Below, piece by piece: positions 49,781-63,599 of a stretch of 64,000 nucleotides of DNA. The stretch's first letter is position 1. Every line of letters begins with the position of its first letter. A program made the translations under genes and the position numbers. The notes below the pieces were generated by a model, which did not search any database, was not told where the DNA came from, and was given only the letters and a program-made list of their open reading frames with translations. The DNA is from Azolla caroliniana (Eukaryota; Plantae; Polypodiophyta): positions 8,370,001 to 8,434,000 of the forward strand of contig JBHGNT010000012.1 in assembly GCA_043228905.1 (NCBI GenBank), in the 5' to 3' direction.

Positions 49781-52700
49781 TGTTGGGAGACAGGTCCCTC
49801 TGGATGGGAAGGGAGAAGAACAGTGCTGATAAGCAAACTCGGCCGAGGCCAATAGGCCGAGGCCGAAACCGGATGAGGAGTACTCGGCTACGGAAAGCCG
49901 GATGGTGCAGACCCGGTGAGGAGTGCTCACCAGATGAAGAGACATATTCGTAAATATGTTTCTGAGAGTCCATCATGGCTATATTTGTAAATAGCCGAAA
50001 AGTCATATTAGTATAAATATGACTTAGGGCAAACTTTTAGTTGTTGTCATTCTTGTTGGTGCAAGGAGAGAGAGTGTGTGTAACTGTGTACAGAGAGAGA
50101 GAGAGAGAGAGAAAGAGGTCGTTGCCTCTATTGTAACCGCCGCCTGTGGCGAGGATCGTGAGCACGAGGTCGTTGCCTCCGTGAACTCACTATTGTACAT
50201 TCTAACATAGTGATAGTTTGCAGCCTGTGGGCTGCCGTGGTTTTTTCCCTTAGTTTGGGTTTTTTCCATGTAAACATCCTGCGTACTCGTCTCTTCTTCG
50301 TGTCGTTCATTATTTCCCGTTTTCTATGTATGATTCTAAGCTCGGTGGTGCCTGAGCGTTGCGTATACGGAGCGTGCAGTTCCTGTCAAGTGGTATCAGA
50401 GCAAAACGACACAAAAAATGGACGATTCGTTGGGAGGCATGTTCAAGCTCACCGGCTCCAACTATTCGGTGTGGAAGTCGAAGATGAGGGACATGCTCGT
50501 GGTTAAAGACCTCTAGCTGTCGGTTCAGTTCGAGAACAAGAGACCGGACAAAATCAACGCCGCGATATGGGAGGTGATGCACATGAAGACAACGGCGTAC
50601 ATACGGTGCTTCATCGACATGAGCCTGTACAACAACTTCAATGAAGAGAGCAAGGCTCATGAGCTCTAGGAGAAGATCGGCATAATGTTTCAAAACAAAA
50701 ATGTTGTTAATCAGGTTTCGGTATTCCGGAAGCTAGTAAGACTCTGGTACCAAGATGGCTCCAGCATGGCGGAGCACATGAATGCCTTCCAGGGGCTGAT
50801 CCACCAGGCAACTTCATTGGAAGTACCTCTCACCGATGAGGTACTAGCGCTACTCCTACTCGGTTCCCTCCCGAATAGCTGGGAGACGTTGGTTGTCACT
50901 TTGGGCAACGCCGGGCCGGAAGGAAAACGGTTATCCCTAGCAAGAGTAAAGTCGAGCTTGCTAGATGAGGAGGCGCGTCGGAAAGATAAAGATACAAGCT
51001 CCGACTCCAAAGCGCTCCTTACCGAATCGAAACGCGGAAGACATAGAAACCGTAGTCCCCAGAATCGGGAGAAGTCGGGGACACGGTCAAAGTCAAGGGG
51101 AAGGCCTACTTGCTTCTATTGTGGCAAGCCGGGACACTTCCAAAAGAACTATCAGCATTTCCGAAAAGACAAGGAAACCGACGGTACCGATTCGAAGCGG
51201 ACCCCGGACCGGAACGGTAAAGACTGGAGGGGGCTGGACCGGAAGGGAACGACGGCAATCGTGGCAAGTGAAGAAGAGTTGATGCTCATCACCGAGGAGA
51301 GTGAGATAAACCTTGCCGGCGACGAGATGACCTGGGTAGTAGACTCCAGAGCGTCGTTCCACCTTACCCCGGACCGGAAATGCTTCTCATTCTACGTAGC
51401 CGGTGATCACGGTTGTGTCCGGATGGGGATTGAAGGTACATACCGAATTGTCGGCATAGGAGACGTGTGGCTAACAACACCAACCGGATGCAAGTTGCTA
51501 CTGAAGGATGTCCGACACGTTGATATCAGTCGGTCGGCTAGATGATGAAGGCTACAAGGGTAGCATCCGAAACGGTGTCATGAAGTTCAGCAAAGGGAGC
51601 CTAATTGTGGCTCGGGCCCGGAAGGTCAACACACTGTACCTGATGAACACCCGGTTATGTCCGGAAGAAGTGAATGTGGCATCCGACACTGCCGGTGAGC
51701 TGTGGCACAAGAGGCTGTGTCATATGAGCGAGAAGGGGATGAAGAGGCTTGCAGACGACAACCTCATTCCAGTGAAGAACGTGCACTTGGAGAAGTGCAC
51801 TGATTGTCTGGCCGGTAAGCAAAATTGGACCACCTTCCGACCAAGGCCACCGATGAGACGTAATGCACCACTGAAGTTGGTGCATATGGATGTGTGTCAA
51901 GTAGACACGAAGTCACATGCCGGAGCGCAGTACTTCGTGACATTCATAGATGACCACAGCCGGAAGCTGTGGGCCACACCGTTGAAGACGAAGGATCGGG
52001 TGCTATCCGTCTTCAAAGAGCTCCACACGAGAGTGGAAAGAGAAACCGGCAGGAAGTTGAAGGCGGTTCGAGCAGATAACGGAGGAGAATACCGGGGGCA
52101 GTTCGAGGAGTACTGCCGCTCGAAGGGGATCCGGCTCGAATTTACCATGCCGAAGACACTGGAACTAAACGGACTGGCCGAGAGGATGAACCGGACCATA
52201 ATGGAGAGGGTCCGGAGTATGCTAGCGCATGCAAAACTACCCAAGAAGTTTTGGGCTGAGGCATTGTCGACAGCGACATATGTGATAAATAGATCACCCT
52301 CAGTACCCTTGGACGGAGACACGCCACAGAGAGTCTGGACCGGTAAGGAAGTATCCTACCGGCATCTAAAGGTATTCGGGTGTCTCGCGTACGTGCATGT
52401 AGCTAAGGACCGGAGAGGAAAGTTGGATCCAAAGACCCGGGCATGCATATTCCTCGGTTACGGCGATGATGAGTTCGGCTAACGAGTGTGGGACCTGGTC
52501 GACAAGAAGGTATTCCGGAGTCGAGATATTATCTTCATTGAGGACAAGACGCTCGCCGACTGGGAGTCGGAGAAGAAGATAATGAACTACGAGTCGACCG
52601 GTAAGGATCGACTCTATGACGAGCAGACCCAACCGGCAAGAGACCGGTTAGCACTTGAAGGACCAACTGGCGGTTACGGTGAGGATACCGAACAGGCTGA

Positions 52701-55178
52701 AGAAGAAGTAGAGGAAGTTGAAACCAGAACCGGCCAAGACCCCGAATCGGATTCGGATGAAGAGCAATTGGAGGAGCCGGTTACCGAAGCCCGAAGACGG
52801 AGATATCCTCTCAGAGAGAGAAGGGCGCCCCGGAGATTTCCGGATGCAGAGCATGTCCTGCTAACCAATGAGGGGGAGCCGGAAAGCTTCGAAAAAGCGA
52901 AGGATGACACCCACAGCCGCAAATGGTTAAGTGCCATGCAGGATGAGATGGATTCCCTGCATGAGAACCATACGTACGAATTGGTGGAGTTGCCGAAAGG
53001 AAAGCGGGTACTCCGAAACAAGTGGGTGTACAAGTTGAAACCGGGAGATGTCAGCAACCCCCCAAGATACAAACCCAGGATCGTGGTGAAGGGGTTCCAG
53101 CAGAAAAAGGGCGTGGACTTTGACGAGATATTTGCCCCAGTAGTGAAGATGACCTCCATCCGGACGGTGCTAAGTATGGCGGCAAGCATGGACCTCGAGG
53201 TAGAACAGCTGGACGTGAAGACAGCATTCCTTCACTGCGACCTCGAAGAGGAGATCTACATGCAGCAACCGGAGGGATTTGTGGAGAAATGGAAGGAGCA
53301 CCTGGTATGCCGGCTGAAGAAGAGTCTGTACAGACTAAAGCAGGCTCCCCGTCAATGGTACCGGAAGTTCGACTCCTTCATGGCCGATCAAGGGTACCAC
53401 AAGACGCAGGCCGATCACTGTGTGTTTGTGAAGAAGTTTGAAGGAGGCGACTTCCTGATACTCCTTCTGTACGTGGATGACATGTTGATCGTCGGACGGG
53501 ACCAAGTCAAAATACGGATGCTGAAGAAGGCCCTCAACCGGATCTTCTCAATGAAAGACTTGGGTCCGGCAAGACAGATGCTGGGGATGCATATTATCTG
53601 GAACCGGTCAGTGAAGCAATTATGGTTGTCACAGGAAAAGTACGTGACAAAGGTGCTTCACCGGTTCAACATGTCAGATGCGAAACCGGTCGGATCGACA
53701 CTTCCGGCAAACTGAAGGCTATCCGGTAAGCAAAGCCCGAAGACGAAAGCAGAGAAGGCGGATATGATGAAGATTCCATATGCCTCTACCATCGGGAGCT
53801 TGATGTACGCAATGGTGTGTACCCGACCGGATATAGGATACGCAGTCGGAGTGGTGAGCCAGTTTATGAGCAATCCCAACAAGGAGCACTGGAACGCGGT
53901 CAAATGGATACTCCGGTATTTGAAGGGCACTTCAAATATGTGTCTCCGATTCGGCTCCGGAAAACCTCAACTTGACGGTTTCACCGATTCGGACATGTCG
54001 GCTGATGTGGATACCAGCCGGTCTACATCCGGGTATGTAATGACATATGCAGGGGGAGCTGTTTCGTGGCAGTCGAGGCTGCAGAAGACGGTTGCATTGT
54101 CAACCAAGGAGGCGGAGTACATGGCAGTTGTGGAAGTCGGCAAGGAAATCTTATGGATGAAGGACTTCATCGAAGAGCTCGGTATCAGGCAAGATGAATA
54201 CTGGCTCTATTGCGATAGTCAAAGTGCCATCCATCTTGCTAAGAATGTGGCTTACCATTCCCGGACGAAGCATATCCAGCGAAGATATCACTGGATCCGG
54301 GAAAGAGTAGATGACCAGGAGTTCGCACTGACAAAGATTCACACGGCCGAGAACGGGTCAGATATGCTGACCAAAGTTCTGATACCCGACAAGCTGGATG
54401 CATGCCGGAAGAGGATCGGACTAGTAAGACACCCCATGCCGGAGTGAAGGGGGAGTTTGTTGGGAGACAGGTCCCTCCGGATGGGAAGAGAGAAGAACCG
54501 GATGAGGAGTACCCGGCTACGGAGAGCCGGATGGTGCAGACCCAGTGAGAACCGGATGAGGAGTACCTGGCTACGGAGAGCCGGATGATGCAGACCCGGT
54601 GAGAACCGGATGAGGAGTACCCGGCTACGGAGAGCCGAATGATGCAGACCCGGTGAGAACCGGATGAGGAGTACCAGGCTACGGAGAGCCGGATGGTGCA
54701 GACCCGATGAGGAGTGCTCACCGGATGAAGAGACATATTCGTAAATATGTTTCTGAGAGTCCATCATGGCAATATTTGTAAATAGCCGAGAAGTCATATT
54801 AGTATAAATATGACTTAGGGCAAACTTTTAGTTGTTGTTGTCATACTTGTTGGTGCAAGGAGAGAGAGAGTGTGTAATTGTGTATAGAGAGAGAGAGAGA
54901 GAAAGAGGTCGTTGCCTCTGTTGTAACCGCCGCCTGTGACGAGTATCGTGAGCACGAGGTCGTTGCCTCCGTGAACTCACTGTTGTAGATTCTAACATAG
55001 TGATAGTTTGCAGCCTGTGGGCTGCCGTGGTTTTTTCCCTTAGTTTGGGTTTTTTCCACGTAAACATCCTGCGTACTCGTCTCTTATTCGTGTTGTTCGT
55101 TATTTCCCGTTTTCTGTGTATGATTCTAAGCTCGGTTGTGGCCGAGCGTTGCGTATACGGAGCGTGCAATTCCTGTCA
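49781..55178 (+). mobile_element. Ty1/Copia element I (same family as C)
   Basis: LTRs 49781-50388 and 54458-55178; PBS 50391-50402; no matching TSD. Confidence 0.93.
50418..54447 (+). pseudogene. Copia I gag-pol with stops and a frameshift
   Basis: All Copia domains present in order. Confidence 0.93.
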
Positions 55179-55255
55179 AGATTCCCCATCGACACTTCTT
55201 CCATTGGAGCTGCAAGTTATGCTTAGTTATGCAAGCGAGATGGAATTAGTACTAA

Positions 55256-58200
55256 TCTCCTTGACGCAATCGCCGGATCTTGTTGATCACCGTCTTGATG
55301 CTGTCGGTGTCTCCAAAGCAGGCTTTGAACTCACTAATAAAATCTTTAAAGTTATTAAGCAAGGGCGATTGTTTTTCTAGGAGCGGAGCGAACCATGCTA
55401 AGGCTGAGCCGCTAAGCAATGTGCCTATTAAGCCGACTCGGGATGCATCAGTGGGGTATCGGGAAGGATGCATTTGGAGGACTAATCGTACATGATTAAG
55501 GAATCCCCTGAATTGCGATCGCGTTCCATCAAATTTCATAGGAAGTCCAATCTTCGGCTCTTTATGAAATCCTTGGGGACTTGATCCTTGTTGTTCCAAT
55601 GCCGCTTCGAGTTGTTGCACCTGTAACGCTAACTCCCCGTGTTGTTGCTGCGTTTGTTGCTTTTCTAGAGCGATTTGTTGCAGATCCCCTATCAGCCGTT
55701 GGTTTTCTTGTTCCAAGGCAACAAATTTTTCTTTTAAGCACTATAGCTCGGAGAAAACGGATTGATATTCTTGGGCGCTAACAGTAGCCATAGTATAGGG
55801 AAAAGGGTAGGAGGAAAAATTGGTTCAAACTGTCAGGAGTAGTACTAAAGAAGAGATGGAATTAGTACTAAAGAAGAGTAGTACTATTAGTACTAAGAGG
55901 ACGGGACTGCGTAAGATTCCCGAGAGAGGAAGTGAGAAGAGAAGAGAGAGAGAGATAGCGAGAAAGAGAGAGAGAGAAGGATGATGACAGCAGCTCTTAT
56001 ATTATGTGAAAAGATAAGTACAAATCAGCTAAGAGGCTTAAGACTGGCGTTGAACCAATTTGGTTCAAAACAATGCCTTGTGCCTCCTTTTATAGTGTTT
56101 TTAGGAATAATCCTGAAGCTTCTAGAATGTTCCAAAGGGATCTGGAATATACATCAATTTTCTATGATAAAGCATAAATGAAAATAATATCTTACAAATT
56201 ACAATTCATAGTCTAATGGTAAGAGCTGGACCCATGTAGCATAAGGTCATGGGTTCGAGTCCTGCCATATCATGAAACTATTTCCCCCTTAAAGACGACG
56301 AGTGGAACGAGTCGGCGCTAATTACAGACTGGGTTTGTCCGGATACTTTCGGTAGAAATCAGCAAGAAGATCCCGTGCATTGGCAACATGCTCGACGGGT
56401 TCCCAAGTACGTTCGCTCGGACTATAACCGAGCCAATCGACCAAGGGACCAAGTCGTCGATATTCCAACTTGTCGCATAGTCGAGTAGTCTTGATGTGAC
56501 TACGTAAGAGCCATACTCGATCTCTGATGGCAAAAGAGGAGGGAATCCGATGTCGAGTAGTCTTGATGTGACTACGTAAGAGCCATACTCGATCTCTGAT
56601 GGCAAAAGAGGAGGGAATCCGATGACGATCCGCATAAGTCTTCTGTGTGTGTTGAGCATGACGAAGGTGAGTAGAGAGATCCATCTGGATCTTGCGTAGC
56701 CTCTCCAAATGATCCTCAGCACGAGGGTTGGTAGGTAACTCCGGGGTGTCGATCACCGACCAACGAGGATGGAAACCGGTATAAGCGAAAAATGGGGAGA
56801 CCCGAGTCGAGGAGTGAATAGCATTATTATACGCAAACTCCGCAAAGTGGAGAATCTCGGCCCAATCGTCCTGTTGATAACTCAGGAAACACCGGAGATA
56901 TTGCTCCAGCGTTTGGTTTGTTCGTTCCGCCTGCCCGTCGGTCTGAGGATGGTAGCCGAAGGAGAGATTGTCAGAGACCTTGAGCATCTTGAAGAGATGC
57001 TGCCAAAATTTGGAGACAAATTGCGATCCTCGGTCACTGATGATAGTGTCTGGGAGGCCATGATGCCGAAATACCTCACGCATAACAAGGGCGGCCATTT
57101 CCTCGCTAGTGATGGCTTTAGTACACGGCACAAAATGTGCCATCTTCGTATATCGATCGACGACGGTTAGGATAGCATCGAACCCCTTCGAGACCGGCAA
57201 ATCTGTGATAAAATCAAGACAAATAGACTGCCACGGCTTACTTGGAATCGGTAAGGGTTCCAACAAGCCATATGGATGGTGTCGTGGCATCTTTGCGCGG
57301 CAGCAAGCATCACAGGTCCGAACATAGTCGTCGATTAAACGGCGCATGTGGGGCCACCAAAAAGATCGCTGCACTAGCTCCAACGTCTTAGTACTACCGA
57401 AATGTCCCGCCGTATGGGTGTCGTGAAAATGCTGGACAATTTGAAGGCGACAGGAGCAATCGGGGACATATACGCGCTTTTTAAAGAATAACAAACCATC
57501 ATGATATTCGAATTGTCGGTAGTCAATACCTGGTTGTTGAGACCGAGAACAGGATGCCCGAGAAGTATCAATGTGCGCCAGGATGTCTTGAGCAAAACTA
57601 TCCATCTTCAAGGTTGCACGTATGTCATCGGTAATCCGTGAATCCATCGGGGTGTGAAAAATCCGCGTCGTGTGCAATCGTGTTGGTCCCAAGATTACTT
57701 GCTTTTGATTATCAAATGTTGGATCACCAGGACGAGGTGCAAGATATGAACACCGTGATAGTGCATCTGCTTTTCCTTGCTGCTTCCCCGGTCGATATGT
57801 GATTTTGAAGTCGAAACGCGTGAGGAATTGCGCCCACCGAGCTTGCCGTCAATTTAGTACGCGAGCGTTCTGAAAATAAGCAAGATTTTTATGATCGCTA
57901 AAGACAATGACCTGATGTGGAGAGCCCTCTAAAAAATGCCGCCATTGTACAAATGAATCCACGATGGCTAATAACTCCTTGTCATGTATTTCGTAGTTGA
58001 TTTCTGCGACATCGAATTTGCACGAATGGAAAGCCACCGGATGCTACCGAGGGCGAAATCTGATGCGTCGGCCTCCATGATGAATGGTTTGCTTGTATCC
58101 ACATGAGCTAGAATCGGTGCTGATGTAAAGGCTTTCTTAAGATGCCGAAAAGCCATATCTGCTTCTATGGACCAAAGAAATGCTTGGCCCTTCTTCGTAA

Positions 58201-61200
58201 GTTGTGTGAGAGGTAAAATAATCTTCGAGTAATCCTGTATAAACTTACGGTAGAAGTTAGCAAAACCTAGAAAACATTGTACATCTCGTACTGACCGTGG
58301 AATTTGCCACTCTAGTACAGTTTGGATTTTAGTTGGATCCATGGCGATGCCCTTTGAGGAGATGACGTAGCCTAGAAATTCCACTTGCTTGCAGTCAAAG
58401 CTACATTTTTCTAGCTTGGCATAAAGACCATTCTCGTGGAGTCGCTTTAGTACTAATAGTACATGAGAATCTTGCTCTTCCTGGGTCTTCGAATAAATCA
58501 ATAGGTCATCCAGATAAATGATCAAACAGATATCCAAGAGGTCTCTGAATATATCATTTGCCATGTGTTGGAAGACTGCGGGTGCATTGGTTAGGCCGAA
58601 CGGCATAACAGTATACTCGAAATGCCCATACCGCGTGTGAAAGGAGGTCTTCCATTCATCTCCCGGTCGGATCCGCACGAGATTATACGCTCCTCGTAGG
58701 TCGATTTTAGTAAAAAACTTGGCACCATTAACTCGCTCTAAAAGACTTGATATAAGAGGAAGTGCATACCTATTCCGGATGGTGACTTTATTCAATCCGC
58801 GGTAATCAACGACAAGACGAAGTGAGCCATCTTTCTTCTTGACAAAGAAGATGGGTGCACCGGCCGGAGATTTCGAATAACAGATGAACCCGCTTGCCAA
58901 GTTCTCCTCTATGTAGGCTCGAAGGACTTCTAACTCGGTGGGTGACAAGTTGTAAATTGGTCCCCATGGTGGCTCGGTTCTTGGTTGTAAATCGATGGGA
59001 CAGTCATAGGGACGGTGATGAGGAAGGGTACCGGCTTTTACCTTGTCAAATACATTGGCATAAGGATGATATTTTGTTGGAAGTTGTACTGAGGAGTCCT
59101 TCTTAATAGTGCTGGAAGGATGTACTGATATTGCAAATAGGAACATTGCCTCCTTGGGTCCTTCGCGTAGTTGATGGAGTGAAATGGTCGAAACTCGGTG
59201 AGTTGATTCTTGGGGTGGTCGATATCGAACTTCTCTTGTTCTCCAATCTATGGCTGGATTATGTAATTCAAACCAAGGTAATCCTAGGACAATGGGATGC
59301 TCTGGACTACTAATTATATTAAATGATATTACACACACAAAACTACCTAGGACAACTTGAATGGGTTCTGATTCTTCTACAATATTCTCGGAAGCAATGG
59401 GACGACCATCAATGACTACTACAACTGCGGGACAAGTTTTCTTAAGGATATCTGAGAAGCTTGGGCAAAATTTCAATCCATGAAACAGGAATTAGCTCCG
59501 GAATCTAAAAGTGTTAGGACGGGTACTGGGGGAGTACTTTTAGTACTAACAATGATTTGGGCTAGGAACACATTGCTAACTTGCTTGGAAGGAATGGAAC
59601 CACTAATGGGTTGTACAGATCTAGGGTTGTTGTCCAACCAAACGGCTCCTATTTTGGTTGAACTCAATCGTTTAACTCTTCATCTAATTGACTTAGGATT
59701 TCAAATTTATTTGAGATACTTGGGCTATTAGTACTATGAATACTATCAAACACTCTATTACTACTATTAATACTATCAGACACTCCTAAGGGAAGAATTG
59801 ACTCGGGTTTAGTATAGGCTACAATTTGATTTACCTGTCTTCTTGGCCTATGGGGACAATTGATTGCGATATGCCCTGGTCCACCACAATAAAGACATAA
59901 TCTATTTTCACGTCGTCGTTGCTTTTCTTCTTCCGATAACGGGCCGCGTCGACGCATGGTATCGATCTCCATCGGTGTCGAAGTATTTGCTTGAGGTATG
60001 TCTCGTGCAAACGGTTTAGCCGCGACTATGGCGTAAGTGAGCTCCGGCCTAGCGCGTGGTATCTGTAATTCACGTTCCGAACGCCGTTCGAAAAGGCGGT
60101 TGTCACATCGGACCGCTCGACTGATTGCCTCCGTAAGAGACTTTGGTTCTTCGGGGAAAGTTAGAAGTAGATCTTTGACATCGTTTCGCAGGCCATAACG
60201 AAACTACTCCATTAGTGCTTGATCATCCTAGGGTATGTCTGAAGCGAGTAGGCGGAAATCCGCCGCGTAGGCAGAGGCTGGACGATCGCCTTGACGCAAT
60301 CGCCGGATCTTGTTGATCACCGTCTTGATGCTGTCGGTGTCTCCAAAGCAGGCTTTGAACTCACTAATAAAATCTTTAAAGTTATTAAGCAAGGGCAATT
60401 GTTTTTCTAGGAGCGGAGCGAACCATGCTAAGGCTGAGCCGCTAAGCAATGTGCCTATTAAGCCGACTCGGGATGCATCAGTGGGTTATCGGGAAGGATG
60501 CATTTGGAGGACTAATCGTACATGATTAAGGAATCCCCTGAATTGCGATCGCGTTCCATCAAATTTCATAGGAAGTCCAATCTTCGGCTCTTTATGAAAT
60601 CCTTGGGGACTTGATCCTTGTTGTTCCAATGCCGCTTCGAGTTGTTGCACCTGTAACGCTAACTCCCCGTGTTGTTGCTGCGTTTGTTGCTTTTCTAGAG
60701 CGATTTGTTGCAGATCCCCTATCAGCCGTTGGTTTTCTTGTTCCAAGGCAACAAATTTTTCTTTTAAGCACTGTAGCTCGGAGAAAACGGATTGATATTC
60801 TTGGGCGCTAACAGTAGCCATAGTATAGGGAAAAGGGTAGGAGGAAAAATTGGTTCAAACTGTCAGGAGTAGTACTAAAGAAGAGATGGAATTAGTACTA
60901 AAGAAGAGTAGTACTATTAGTACTAAGAGGACAGGACTGCGTAAGATTCCCGAGAGAGGAAGTGAGAAGAGAAGAGAGAGAGAGATAGCGAGAAAGAGAG
61001 AGAGAGAAGGATGATGACAGCAGCTCTTATATTATGTGAAAAGATAAGTACAAATCGGCTAAGAGGCTTAAGACTGGCGTTGAACCAATTTGGTTCAAAA
61101 CAATGCCTTGTGCCTCCTTTTATAGTGTTTTTAGGAATAATCTTGAAGCTTCTAGAATGTTCCAGAGAGATCTGGAATATACATCAATTTTCTATGATAA

Positions 61201-61307
61201 AGCATAAATGAAAATAATATCTTACAAATTACAATTCATAGTCTAATGGTAAGAGCTGGACCCATGTAGCATAAGGTCATGGGTTCGAGTCTTGCCATAT
61301 CATGACA
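55256..61307 (-). mobile_element. Chromovirus (Tcn1/Tf1-like) element J in tandem: LTR-internal-LTR-partial second internal
   Basis: LTRs 60861-61307 and 55831-56277; 55256-55830 repeats 60287-60860; PPT at 56278-56292. Confidence 0.9.
56322..60821 (-). pseudogene. Element J gag-PR-RT-RH-INT-chromodomain
   Basis: CLYCGGPGHIAINC, LLDSGA, YLDD, EADAS, LDFITDLP, SDRG, DWLGYSPSERTWEP; 72-bp duplication near 56481-56627. Confidence 0.92.
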
Positions 61308-63070
61308 GTCACTTTGTTAAGAGGCCTGAAGTCGATGCAAAAGTGGAAGGTGCCATCATCCTTCTTGACGAGGTGGGGTTCTGACACCCAATCGCTGGTG
61401 GAAGGAACGATAATACCTTTGGTGAGCATGTCAGTGACGGCCGCATCAATGCGATCGTGGTCGAGAGGGGAACGTCGGCGGGTAGGCATGCGGATCGAAG
61501 TGGCCTCCCCAGTACAAATGGCATGTTGTACCAGGAAAGAGACAGTAGGAGCATGTGTGGGTTGGAGGGTTAGTGATGGAAAACGGGCTAATAATTGGCG
61601 GATGGAGACCAATCGCTCTTGTGGACTAAGTGCTACCTGAACTTGGCTAAGGTGGGGGCTAGGGGAGCTATCTTGTAGAAGAGGGATAGGGGAAGCATGT
61701 GGGACAAGAAGTTTGTGGGCATCAAAATCAATCACAACACGGCGCTTGAGGAACCAATTACAACCTAGGGTGAGGGGGAAGAGTTGGTGGGGCAAGACAT
61801 AAAAGTGATGTGAGAAGGTGATAGTGCCTAAGGTGAAGGTGCAATGGGCTTGTGTGTGAGAGTGGTAAAGATGTTGGTGATCGCCAAAAAGGACTTGGAT
61901 GGAAGGAGCAGTGGATGTGGGGAGACCTAACCGGTGTACTAGAGCGGTGCTAATAGAAGATATACTACTACCAGTGTCTAATAAGATGGTGTGGGTGCAG
62001 TGATTAATGGTGGCAAGGTCGGTGCATACCCTCGAACTAGAAGAGGTAGACGCTTGGATGTGGAGGGTTGGCTCTTCCATCAGCACCCCGGACATCAGTT
62101 TCCCGGAAGCTCAGCCAACGATGTCGTGTCAGCCATAGTTATCTGGACTTGTTGCTTGTGAGATTGTTGTTGCAATTTCTGGCACTGACGTTGGACGTGT
62201 CCATAATTGTGGCAGTAGAAACACCTCAGGCGCCTTGGCTATCGCGATCGGGACGGTTGCGGCGAGCTTGCAATTGCATGTTTTGGACATCAATGTCCAT
62301 GGGGGCCGCACCTTGGTATTGGGCGCGTGAGTCGGTGGCTGATGGATGGGGCCAACGAGGTTGGGTGTTAGATAATGTACAAACTTCGATTCATTGGGCG
62401 ATGAGGATGGCGTCGTTGAATGTCTGCGGACCTTGGTCCCGAGCGCGGCGAGTGATGTCGTTGGGCAGACGAGGCCATAAGAAGAAAAGCTTCACATGCT
62501 CGGGCATGGTAGGGTCAGCGCGAATGAGGAGTTGATTGAGGCGAACACCAAATTGGCCCACGGGTTCGTGTGCTTGTTGTTGCAATGTTTCGAGTTGTTG
62601 TAATGCCGTTTGGGCTGAATTTTGATGGGCGAAGTTTTGTACGAGGAGATCCCGAAGGAACACCCAATTCTCGGTCACGTCGCTTGATTGTTGGACGTAC
62701 CAGGTGGCGGCGACGTTTTCGAGCAGGGTACGAACTTCCAAAGCTTTGCACTCGTCGGACCATCGATGGTAACTAGAGATCATCTCAAAATGATCCAACC
62801 AAGCTAAGACATCCTCGGAAGGCAATCCGGAGAAGGACTTCAGGCGCACCTTGGAATCTGGACGATCTTGCGCGCGGTCGTTGTGAGTGGAGAGGAAGGA
62901 GAGCATAGCTTGATTCGTATGGCTGATTTGAAGCATGGCATTGGAGACGAGTTCCAGGAGCTGCTCCATTTGGAAAGGGGGAGGTCGTGCGTGAGGTTGC
63001 AAGAACTTAGGCTCCATCGGGGTATCGACGTTGGAGGCGGCGGAAGGGAATTGGGATGCCATGAACAATG
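61308..63070 (-). pseudogene. Gypsy H gag, protease and RT N-terminus
   Basis: FSGLPSEDVLAWL; ILLDTGSS; FCIDFRPLNKVT cut by the J insertion. Confidence 0.88.
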
Positions 63071-63599
63071 TAGTAGTGGCTAAAATTTGAGCCCGCTTCT
63101 CCACCAATTATGTGAAATGCATATAAAAGGAAACCAAACCAACCTAGCTAGCTTCATACTTATCATTCAATATATAGAAGATACAAAGAACCCATTTTGG
63201 GACGGCCTAGCTACACGTGTCCCAAAATGGTGTGCTAAAAGGGTGGGCTAAAATGGGTGATGTGCTAAACGGGAGTGGCTAAAAGAGTGGTATGTTCAAA
63301 TGCATGCTCTTGCATGAAAGGGACACCACAATACAAATGTGCTTTAGAGCACTTTTTATACAAGTCCTTCAAAGGACTGACAAAAGTATTGACAAGTACT
63401 TCAATGCTCGTATTGAGCTATGACACTAACTCCTAGAATCATAACTACCTAGTAAACTAGGAGCATAGGCCTCCAACGGTCCACCGGTTCGCACATGGGT
63501 CCGTCTCATAGATCCAGCTCACCTTTCCAGACACCGACCCGGCTCTTGGCTTATTCAGCCGACCCGGATCATGTTGAGCTTGTCCACTCAACAAAAATG

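Larger units (their letters stand above)
47026..63330 (-). mobile_element. Ty3/Gypsy element H (220-bp LTRs, tRNA-Ala PBS)
   Basis: LTRs 47026-47245 and 63111-63330; PBS TGGTGGAGAAGCGGG 63092-63106; PPT; TSD ATAC. Confidence 0.9.
46815..63460 (-). repeat. Degenerate LTR related to the element B LTR, split by Gypsy H (pieces ~46815-47025 and 63331-~63460)
   Basis: GAGCACTTTTTATACAAG..GACAAAAGTA resembles the reverse complement of the B LTR TATA region; boundaries uncertain. Confidence 0.45.

Noticed and set aside
2514-54736. Many 60-250 aa ORFs antisense to or overlapping Copia/Gypsy pol
   Set aside because: Shadow frames of codon-biased pol genes with no independent motifs.
56209-56275. Functional tRNA gene
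   Set aside because: A/B boxes are present, but there is no convincing acceptor or anticodon stem; it is part of an LTR.
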